Shown here: one piece after another, positions 56,662 to 64,000 of the stretch
Numbering within the stretch: position 1 is the stretch's first letter
Layout: each line of letters opens with the position of its first letter
Assembly (NCBI GenBank): GCA_038134595.1
Contig: JAYPVM010000004.1
Coordinates: forward strand, 133,573 to 197,572
Length of the DNA: 64,000 nt
Source: Pseudomonadota bacterium
Lineage (GTDB): Bacteria; Bdellovibrionota_C; UBA2361; OMII01
Direction: 5' to 3'
Position numbers and translations under genes: made by a program
Notes under the pieces: generated by a model
Databases searched by the model: none
What the model was told of the DNA's origin: nothing
The model's input: the letters and a program-made list of their open reading frames with translations, nothing else

Positions 56662-58119
56662 ATGACATCGAATATCGAAGAGCTAGCAAAATGGGATGAG
56701 AAGATAAAGGTACTCGTCGACCGCTTTGGATTGCGATGCTATCCCCAGGAATTTGAGGTGTGCGATCACAACGAAATGTTGGGATATATGGCATACACCG
56801 GAATGCCGTCACGGTATCCGCATTGGTCGTATGGGAAGGCTTACGAACGGCAAAAGACTATGTATGATTACGGTGTATCCGGTCTTCCGTACGAGATGGT
56901 CATCAACTCCGATCCCTGCCTTGCCTATCTTATGCGAGATAATACGCTGCTCTTGCAGGTCCTAACTATCGCGCATGTTTATGGGCACAACGACTTTTTT
57001 GCAAATAACTTCACGTTTACCTCTGGTACCGATGCCCGGCACGTGTTGGAAGGTTTTAAAAGTGGTGGGAATCGTATCGCCTCATATCAGGAAGATCCTT
57101 CTATTGGAATTGACGCAGTTGAGAGTGTTATCGATCACGCGCATGCTGTCTGCTACCAACGCTCAAGAAACTTAGCGATACGACAGCTATCTGATGCAGA
57201 ACAGAGAGTGAGAGCATGGGAGCAGGCGCAGCCACCGCTTGATCCGTGGCAGGATATTCATCCGAAACAAGAGTACGTTCAGCCGGATTTATCGAAAACA
57301 CCGGTGGAACCCCAGGAAAATCTACTTCAATTTATCACTCAGTATAATCCATACCTGCCTGAATGGAAGCGCGATATCCTTGAAATAGTTGATAAGCAAA
57401 CGCAGTATTTCATGCCGCAGATGGAAACCAAGATAATGAATGAAGGTTGGGCTAGCTATTGGCACCATAAGATACTAAATGAGTTGGGACTGCCACAAGG
57501 AATGCATCTTGAGTTTCTAGTTCGACATAATCAAGTGCTTAGGCCGCATCCAGGAGGATTGAATCCGTATCATTTAGGATTTGTAATGTGGCACGATATC
57601 GAACGGAGGTGGAATGAAGGTGATACCGGAAGGGAATGGACGGATGACACTCCGCAGGTCGATATCGCAACACTCGATGAAAGTGATACGCCGGGCAGAA
57701 AGAAAATATTTGAGGTTCGAGAGTCAGATAGAGATCAGTCGTTTCTTCGCAGATTTCTAACCAGAGAGCTAATGGACGATTTAAACCTCTTTCAGCATGA
57801 AAGGCGAGGAAAGGAACGGGTGGTCACCAAAGTCGCAGATGAAGAGAGCTGGAAGGACATAAGGGATAACCTAATCCGGAATGTTGGAACGGGGTCAATA
57901 CCAGTAATTAAGGTCGAAGATGCTGATTTTGGCAGAAATAGAACGCTCTACCTCAAGCATTATCACGATGGACGGGACCTGCAACTAGAGTATGCTGACC
58001 ACACCTTACGACATGTATCCCAGCTTTGGGAGCGAGAGGTAGTGCTTGAGACCTCCATCAATGGAAAAGACAGTTTGCTCAAAATGGTCGGTAATTCATT
58101 GAAGATAGAGCGGCTCTAG
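56662..58119 (+). CDS. spoVR: SpoVR/YcgB family protein
   Basis: GMPSRYPHWSYGK, YEMVINSDPC, AHVYGHNDFF, TKIMNEGWASYWH, NPYHLG. Confidence 0.95.
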   Translation: MTSNIEELAKWDEKIKVLVDRFGLRCYPQEFEVCDHNEMLGYMAYTGMPSRYPHWSYGKAYERQKTMYDYGVSGLPYEMVINSDPCLAYLMRDNTLLLQVLTIAHVYGHNDFFANNFTFTSGTDARHVLEGFKSGGNRIASYQEDPSIGIDAVESVIDHAHAVCYQRSRNLAIRQLSDAEQRVRAWEQAQPPLDPWQDIHPKQEYVQPDLSKTPVEPQENLLQFITQYNPYLPEWKRDILEIVDKQTQYFMPQMETKIMNEGWASYWHHKILNELGLPQGMHLEFLVRHNQVLRPHPGGLNPYHLGFVMWHDIERRWNEGDTGREWTDDTPQVDIATLDESDTPGRKKIFEVRESDRDQSFLRRFLTRELMDDLNLFQHERRGKERVVTKVADEESWKDIRDNLIRNVGTGSIPVIKVEDADFGRNRTLYLKHYHDGRDLQLEYADHTLRHVSQLWEREVVLETSINGKDSLLKMVGNSLKIERL

Positions 58120-58143
58120 TTGAGTAGATACTCTCTACGTAAA

Positions 58144-59199
58144 TCAGGCCTTTTGCTTTTTAATAATGAGCTCTGTCCCTTGGACTGCCGTGGTAAGTTT
58201 TGTCCCTTCTTCTATGGCGATTGTAATTTCAGTTTGATTGCCAACATTTTCTGCCATGATTAGGACAAACCCAGTGAAGTCGTGAGGAGGAAATTGTGGG
58301 TACTCAAGCTCTCCCTTTTCGACGCCGCAATCTGGAATCTGGACCATGTAGGTTTCTTCGTCTACCTTGCTAATTTGAGCCTTCACTCCGGGCTTGTTTA
58401 GAGAGAACCGTAACTGTTGCGTTTTATCTGCCAGACGCTCGAATGAATACTTTTTAATCTGGAAGTTCGTTGGAACTGGTGTGGGTGGAGTAAATTGGGC
58501 TTCGGAAGGTTCTAAGTCGCCTAGGCTTGCACCCATGGTAGTCGGTGCACTTTTAGTCACAGCCTTTGTCTCCTTCGCCTTGGGCGCTGCCGGTTGCACA
58601 GTCGGTAAGACGGGAGGGGCTTTCGTAGGATGAACTACTGGCGTAGGAGTTGGTGGAATTGGAGTTGCGGTAGGTGGAATCGCAGTTGGTGTTGGCTTCG
58701 TTTCGATCGCCGCAACAGAGCCTTCAAAGAGGCGGATGATAGCTTGACGTTTTCCGGCTTTCCATTCGTATTCTGGTGGATTTTGAGTCTTAAGATCTAA
58801 AACTATCCGCGTCTTTTGGTTATGAGCCCCAAGTCGGATTTGTTGTAAGACATCATTTTGAGGGGCTTGGAAAACAGAATTTTTCTTAATTTTTGTGCCA
58901 ACAAAGTCTATTACCATGCGTGGCGGAGAAGGCAGTAGAAAAGCATCTATTTTGGAATCGTTAGGAACCACTACTTTGACAACGATAAAACTCTTTGAAT
59001 CAACAATATCTCGGTCCATTAATATTTGGACCCGCTCTTTTGAATTAATCGTCTTTGGCCCATCAGGAAATGGTTTGTAGGTTTTTTGAGCAAATGAGTC
59101 CGATATTGATGTGATTCCGAGAAAAAAAACGAGCACAACAATGCGCAAAAGCCAAAGTGTAGGCTTGTATCGATGGTACATCATTACAGCGGTCTCCAA
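58144..59199 (-). CDS. Exported AMIN-domain protein with Pro/Thr-rich linker
   Basis: FLLPSPPRMVIDF, QQIRLGAH...RIVLDL AMIN motifs; PTPTAIPPTATP linker; second beta domain. Confidence 0.8.
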   Translation of the reverse strand: METAVMMYHRYKPTLWLLRIVVLVFFLGITSISDSFAQKTYKPFPDGPKTINSKERVQILMDRDIVDSKSFIVVKVVVPNDSKIDAFLLPSPPRMVIDFVGTKIKKNSVFQAPQNDVLQQIRLGAHNQKTRIVLDLKTQNPPEYEWKAGKRQAIIRLFEGSVAAIETKPTPTAIPPTATPIPPTPTPVVHPTKAPPVLPTVQPAAPKAKETKAVTKSAPTTMGASLGDLEPSEAQFTPPTPVPTNFQIKKYSFERLADKTQQLRFSLNKPGVKAQISKVDEETYMVQIPDCGVEKGELEYPQFPPHDFTGFVLIMAENVGNQTEITIAIEEGTKLTTAVQGTELIIKKQKA

Positions 59200-59367
59200 A
59201 TAAGTTGCAACAGTACAAAAGTGGCGAGCCCTAACTGGCCTCTAAGCCTAGACACCATTATTAGATATCTTAGGAGATCCTCACCCGACAGGAAATATCC
59301 GATCGCAAAAACAAACTAGCGTTCTATCGGCGTTTTGGAGCTCTCTAAGAATTGATGAACCGAGCCC

Positions 59368-60108
59368 TTAATTTGATTCTGAAATCTCGAGAACAGGAGC
59401 TTCGCTATTGCTGTGGCCTCTTAAGATGTGAAACGTCTGCTCACAGGCTCGAAGGGTGTCGCTAAATGGGCTGTGTAGTATCCACTCTAGGGGATCTCCC
59501 TCTGGAGTTTGTTGTTGGATTCGAAGACGAGGCGAAGAAAAATCCTCTTCATCGGAATCGATACTGATTGAAACCTCTTCGAGGCTCGCTAGTCCACACT
59601 CTAACACTGCCCCCGAGTCACTCTCTCTGACCATAAATAAGGAATCAGGAAAAAGTGATATCCATACCTCGCTGGCACTTTGTGTGGCAGGTTCCTCTTG
59701 TTTTCCTTGAAGCATGAGAGATGCGTTGTCGGTATCCTCTGGAGTATGAAGGGGGCTCGTTGTCGCCCGAAAAATCATCGCTAGATTGATGTCATCACAA
59801 TCATTGCGCACAGCAAAATGCTTTGCCGCTTGGCTTGCCAGGAAATATTGAGCAGTTATTCGAGGCTTAAGTTCTCTCCATAACCGAGAGGCAGTAGTTT
59901 GATAAAAGACTGGGAGAAAAGCCGCGAGCGCTAGGAGGAGCCATGGAAGCTGTAAGCTAAACGCCGCAGCGCTAGTGAGAACTAGAAGCAGGATACATGC
60001 TTCTACACCCTGAGATTGGGCCTGTGTTAAAAGTTGGTATTTCTCTGCGGGAGGAACCATCTGCCATATCTTTGATAGTTCCTGTTCGATTGCTTCTTGA
60101 TCTTCCAT
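59368..60108 (-). CDS. Hypothetical membrane protein (2 TM) with acidic C-terminal domain
   Basis: Hydrophobic hairpin near the N-terminus; beta strands then terminal helix; ATG 60108. Confidence 0.65.
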   Translation of the reverse strand: MEDQEAIEQELSKIWQMVPPAEKYQLLTQAQSQGVEACILLLVLTSAAAFSLQLPWLLLALAAFLPVFYQTTASRLWRELKPRITAQYFLASQAAKHFAVRNDCDDINLAMIFRATTSPLHTPEDTDNASLMLQGKQEEPATQSASEVWISLFPDSLFMVRESDSGAVLECGLASLEEVSISIDSDEEDFSSPRLRIQQQTPEGDPLEWILHSPFSDTLRACEQTFHILRGHSNSEAPVLEISESN

Positions 60109-60320
60109 GAGGTACGGCAAAATTTTCCTTCACTATATTGCTAAATCCTTGAAACAAGGAGTGTGATGGTGAGTCACGATGAATTCTCTAGCAGAAGTCG
60201 TACCGAAATAATTTAAGGTTCGTTGATGAAAGCCCTTTGAGGGTTTTTAGTCTCTTGAGATATTTAGTGCCGAGTTCTAAATGAGGAAACTTTTTAGAGA
60301 AATGATGCGATAGAGCAGAC

Positions 60321-61883
60321 ATGTTTTCTGTCGTAAAAACAAGTTGCATCGTTGGCTTAGAAGCTGTCTCTGTAGATGTCGAAGTTGGCATAAAAAATGG
60401 TGACAGGCGCTTTTCTATTTTGGGATTAGGAGGTGCTGCAGTGCGAGAATCGCGCGAGCGTATTCTAACGGCACTTGAGCAGTGTGGAATCAATCCACCA
60501 GATGCCATACTTGTTAATCTTGCGCCAGCTGATATCAAGAAAGATAGTGTCGTTTTTGATCTGCCGATTGCGGTAGCCATTGCGGCTGCTGTTGGGGCCA
60601 TATCACAAGATGCCCTCAAAAAACGTGCGTTTTGTGGCGAACTATCTTTACTCGGCGATGTTAAGTCTACATCGGGAGTCATTGCACATGCTCTTGCAGC
60701 TCTCCACGTTGGTATGGATTTAATAGTGGTCCCAAAGAGTAACGCCTCCGAGGCGGCACTGATCAAAGATATCCATGTAGTCGGAGTAGATTCATTAGCT
60801 GAGGCACTTGGTTGTTTAAAGCAAAATGAATTGCCGTATGTGAGAGTGCAAGAAGGGACCCGTGCTCGGTTGAGTGTAGAGAAGTCTTTACAGGATGTGC
60901 GGGGACAGCATCTTGCTAAGCGGGCGCTAGCAATTGCGGCTGCTGGAGGACACAACATGCTTATGATCGGCCCACCGGGATGTGGTAAAAGCATGTTGGC
61001 TGAACGTCTTGGTACCTTACTTCCTCCACTGAACTCAGAGGAGATGATAGAGGTTCTTAAGATCCATAGCGTGGCGCATCAGGCAACGGAAGCGATAATA
61101 GCGGGTCAAAGACCATATCGAACACCGCATTATTTGGTGAGCGATGCAGGACTGATTGGCGGAGGCGCTGGCCCAAAGCCAGGCGAGGTTAGTTTGGCTC
61201 ATCGAGGGGTGCTTTTTTTAGATGAGTTCCCTGAGTTCAAAAGAAGCGGTATCGAAGCACTGCGATCACCGATGGAAATAGGAAGTATTCAAATAGCACG
61301 AGCCCGCGCGTCGGTAGAGTTTCCAGCCCGATTTCAACTGGTGGCCGCAATGAATCCTTGTCCCTGTGGACGCTTTGGATCGGGAGTTGGGACGTGTCGG
61401 TGTTCTCAGCATGCGGTGAGAGATTATCTTTCAAAATTATCTCAGCCGATATTGGATAGGATAGACTTGCACGTAGAGCTTGATGCAGTGCGAGTTGACG
61501 ATCTTGTGTGGGATGCACCGAATGTTACTGATAATCAGAGTGATACATTGATTGCCGAAATTCATAAGGCGCGTGCCGTGCAACACAAGCGGCAGGGAGC
61601 GCTCAATAGTGAACTCTCTGATGTTCGATTAAAGCAGATCGTAAATATTCAGGATGGCGCACGAAAACTTTTAAGTGAAATGACTCAAAGAATGGGACTC
61701 AGTGCACGCGGATACACGCGCATTCTTCGTGTTGCAAGAACTATTGCTGACCTCACTGGTGCAACAGGCATTACTGAGGAAATAGTAGCAGAGGCTGTTT
61801 CATATCGTTCATTAGAACGGCTCTCGTCTATTGTATTCGGAACTGGCCCCGGCGTGGGAGGAATCAACGCTTCCCTTCGTTAA
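60321..61883 (+). CDS. comM: ComM/YifB Mg-chelatase-like AAA ATPase
   Basis: VRESRERI, VNLAPADIKK, DLPIA, GGHNMLMIGPPGCGKSM, GEVSLAHRGVLFLDE, AAMNPCPCG, LSARG. Confidence 0.95.
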   Translation: MFSVVKTSCIVGLEAVSVDVEVGIKNGDRRFSILGLGGAAVRESRERILTALEQCGINPPDAILVNLAPADIKKDSVVFDLPIAVAIAAAVGAISQDALKKRAFCGELSLLGDVKSTSGVIAHALAALHVGMDLIVVPKSNASEAALIKDIHVVGVDSLAEALGCLKQNELPYVRVQEGTRARLSVEKSLQDVRGQHLAKRALAIAAAGGHNMLMIGPPGCGKSMLAERLGTLLPPLNSEEMIEVLKIHSVAHQATEAIIAGQRPYRTPHYLVSDAGLIGGGAGPKPGEVSLAHRGVLFLDEFPEFKRSGIEALRSPMEIGSIQIARARASVEFPARFQLVAAMNPCPCGRFGSGVGTCRCSQHAVRDYLSKLSQPILDRIDLHVELDAVRVDDLVWDAPNVTDNQSDTLIAEIHKARAVQHKRQGALNSELSDVRLKQIVNIQDGARKLLSEMTQRMGLSARGYTRILRVARTIADLTGATGITEEIVAEAVSYRSLERLSSIVFGTGPGVGGINASLR

Positions 61884-62461
61884 GAGTTGGCCTTCGTTAG
61901 GCTTATCTCGGTAATTGAAGCCGTTGTTTCACGAGAAAGAAGATTAGTTGAAGATGGTTCGGAAACGAGAATCCCCTGGGAAGTAATCGCATACACAGTG
62001 CCCCCTTTTTTGCCTATCGGAGTACCCGGCTTGAGAATGAAAATCCTCCCCGAAGATGTCTCAACAGACGCTATCCGGTTGCCATCTCCGTCACCGATAA
62101 TCGCTGAGACTCGTAATTGAGAGAGCTCATAGGAAGTTAAAGGTGCCAGTCGAGAAGGGTGGTCTGGCGAAACACTCGAATAAAACGGCACAAAAGGATC
62201 TCGTTGAGGCTCATTAGAGCTGTCTTTGGTGGCGCTTGTGTGAGGAGGGGAGCCCGATTCCGTGTGTTTTGCCAACGAAAGAAGTTCAATAGCCTTTTGT
62301 TTGACAGATGTAATCTGGCCCAAAACTGCTTGAATTTCTGTTGAAAATCTCTGCTCTAGCGATGTGTTGGTGCTAAAACTCTTCGATAGTTCTCGTGTCA
62401 GTGTCACCCCGAGTTGGGCGAAACAAACCAAGGAAACAAATAATACTACTTTTTGTTTCAT
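61880..62461 (-). CDS. pilP: Type IV pilus assembly PilP-like protein (orphan)
   Basis: RDPFVP, PLTSYELSQLRVSAII, ASVETSSG...ILKPGTPIGKKGGTV; start uncertain (62461 or 62545). Confidence 0.78.
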   Translation of the reverse strand: MKQKVVLFVSLVCFAQLGVTLTRELSKSFSTNTSLEQRFSTEIQAVLGQITSVKQKAIELLSLAKHTESGSPPHTSATKDSSNEPQRDPFVPFYSSVSPDHPSRLAPLTSYELSQLRVSAIIGDGDGNRIASVETSSGRIFILKPGTPIGKKGGTVYAITSQGILVSEPSSTNLLSRETTASITEISLTKANS

Positions 62462-62793
62462 AGCGACTCGTATGTGCTTTAAGGCAAGCTTGCTGTGTAC
62501 GCGGGCTCGGTCAGAGGTAGATTTATCTTTCAAACGCTTTGCCAAACCGGCTCTACTTTAGCTCTTAACCGTAAACGAAATGAGAGAGGAAATCGAGCGT
62601 TTTTTGTGGGTGGACTGCAATGAAAAAACAAGAAGTCAGGTAGTTGCGATTTGCGATGAAAAAAATATTACTGTGAAAGAGAGAAGCTTGGGAGATTTTC
62701 CTCATAGTACTGAAGAGAGAAGGGAGTGGAGTCGGGCATTATAAGTATAAGCAACATAGCCTATAAGATAAGTAATCTTGGACTGTTATTAAC

Positions 62794-62831
62794 ATTGACC
62801 GGAAGGGGTAATATTGACCGGAAGGGGTAAA
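62794..62831. repeat. 19-bp tandem repeat x2
   Basis: attgaccggaaggggtaat attgaccggaaggggtaaa. Confidence 0.85.
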
Positions 62832-62878
62832 GGGGCTTTGAGATGGGACAGGCCTAACATGCTGTTACGGTTGAAGAA

Positions 62879-62953
62879 TCGGGGTGAGAGGATTTGAACC
62901 TCCGACCCCTAGTTCCCAAAACTAGTGCTCTAGCCGGGCTGAGCTACACCCCG
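62879..62953 (-). tRNA. tRNA-Pro(TGG), CCA not encoded
   Basis: Reverse complement CGGGGTG-TA-GCTC...GAGC-A-CTAGT-TT-TGG-GA-ACTAG-GGGTC-GGAGG-TTCAAAT-CCTCT-CACCCCG-A. Confidence 0.96.
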
Positions 62954-63154
62954 ATATGCTTCATGTAACAGGGTAAAATCTAGCCTGTTTTGGGGATGGA
63001 ATCAAGGCGTTGTCTGTTTAATGTGAGTAAAGTAGAGGCGTGGACCAACTATTGGGGGCGTTGCCTAGCTTACTAAGCCTTTACCGATAGGTAGAGTACC
63101 GCTACTCTGACGGTTCAGGAAAGTTAGCACCCACAAAGATAGGATGGAGGGAAT

Positions 63155-64000
63155 ATGCTGCCGTCAGCAACTATAAAGGATATCAACGCGGGATTAATCG
63201 GGCTAGGCGTTTGTGAAATCGCCGGTTGGGTTAAGTCCCATCGGCAGTCGAAGAGGGTTTCGTTTGTTGCATTAACCGATGGAACGTGTGCCTCGCAATT
63301 GCAGTTGGTGATTGATCCATCGTTGGAAAGTTATGCCGATAGAATTGCCAGTTTTCAGACGGGAGCCTCTATCCGAGCAAAAGGCGAATTGGTTCTGTCC
63401 CCAGCAAAAGGACAGAAGTATGAATTTCAGGTTCATGAGATCGACATTATCGGAGAAAGCGATCCAGAGCAGTTTCCTTTGCAGAAAAAGAATCACACAC
63501 TGGAGTTTTTACGTGAGAATCTGCACCTGCGTCCGAGAACTAATGTTATGGGAGCCGTCTTGCGGGTGCGCTCGGCCGCCTCGTTTGCTGTGCACAAATT
63601 TTTTACCGAGCGAGGATTTTTTTATCTCCACGCGCCGATAATCAGCACCTCTGATTGTGAAGGAGCTGGAGAGATGTTTCATATCTCTACACTCGATATG
63701 AATAATCCACCCCGGGTAAACGGCAAGGTTGATTACTCACAAGACTTCTTTAGGGAGCCTGCGAGTTTAACAGTGTCAGGGCAGCTTGAGGGTGAGGTGT
63801 GCGCGATGGGGTTATCGAAGATATATACCTTTGGCCCAACGTTTCGCGCAGAGAATTCGAATACGACAAGACACCTAGCCGAATTCTGGATGATAGAGCC
63901 AGAGATGGCTTTTTATGAATTAGCCGACAACATCAAGCTAGCACAGGAGTTTGTTCAAAGTGTCCTCAAACAGGTTTTGGAAACTTCCGCAGATGATATT
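63155..64000 (+). CDS. asnS: Asparagine-tRNA ligase (3' end beyond the window)
   Basis: Translated by hand: GWVKSHR, TDGT, FPLQKK.HTLEFLRENLHLRPRTN, DCEGAGEMF, LTVSGQLEGE, FGPTFRAENSNTTRHLAEFWMIEPE; GGAGG SD. Confidence 0.96.
   Translation, partial: MLPSATIKDINAGLIGLGVCEIAGWVKSHRQSKRVSFVALTDGTCASQLQLVIDPSLESYADRIASFQTGASIRAKGELVLSPAKGQKYEFQVHEIDIIGESDPEQFPLQKKNHTLEFLRENLHLRPRTNVMGAVLRVRSAASFAVHKFFTERGFFYLHAPIISTSDCEGAGEMFHISTLDMNNPPRVNGKVDYSQDFFREPASLTVSGQLEGEVCAMGLSKIYTFGPTFRAENSNTTRHLAEFWMIEPEMAFYELADNIKLAQEFVQSVLKQVLETSADDI

Noticed and set aside
53459..58119. prkA-yeaH-spoVR as a novel system
   Set aside because: A well-known, widely conserved cluster (yeaG-yeaH-ycgB).
60188..60994. 268-aa antisense ORF and other nested ORFs in the track
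   Set aside because: They are shadows of well-supported genes (here comM) with no recognisable motifs.
63312..63641. 109-aa plus-strand ORF near the window end
   Set aside because: It is an alternative frame inside asnS, which the track missed because its stop lies beyond the window.

Overview
A 64-kb stretch of bacterial core chromosome with moderate GC. The gene content (csrA-fliW, flagellar/type III export genes, a Hanks-type kinase, prkA-yeaH-spoVR, pilP) suggests a delta-proteobacterial/Bdellovibrionota-like lineage; this is an inference, not tested. It holds about 45 CDS, mostly housekeeping (hemH, nuoA, flgE, bioA, murJ, pfk, htpX, gltA, sucA, dnaE, nadC, birA, purF, comM, and asnS truncated at the window edge). 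There are two tRNAs without encoded CCA (Arg-TCT, Pro-TGG), two inverted copies of a ~190-bp CTAG-flanked MITE, and several unrelated 17-19-bp intergenic tandem repeats. I saw no prophage, integrase, transposase, CRISPR array or rRNA. Many normally operonic genes occur as orphans. The most interesting items are: (1) a membrane-anchored tandem-AAA ATPase with Cdc48/Vps4-type pore loops and no protease or N domain; (2) three tandem CsrA-consensus motifs (AAGGAUGU) between csrA and fliW; (3) an isolated SctL/FliH-SctN pair whose motifs look more injectisome-like than flagellar; (4) a strongly divergent flagellin-like protein; (5) a hairpin MITE showing a compensatory base-pair change between its copies; (6) a ferrochelatase with CxxxC motifs at both termini. 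All protein calls come from motifs recognised by eye; no searches were run.
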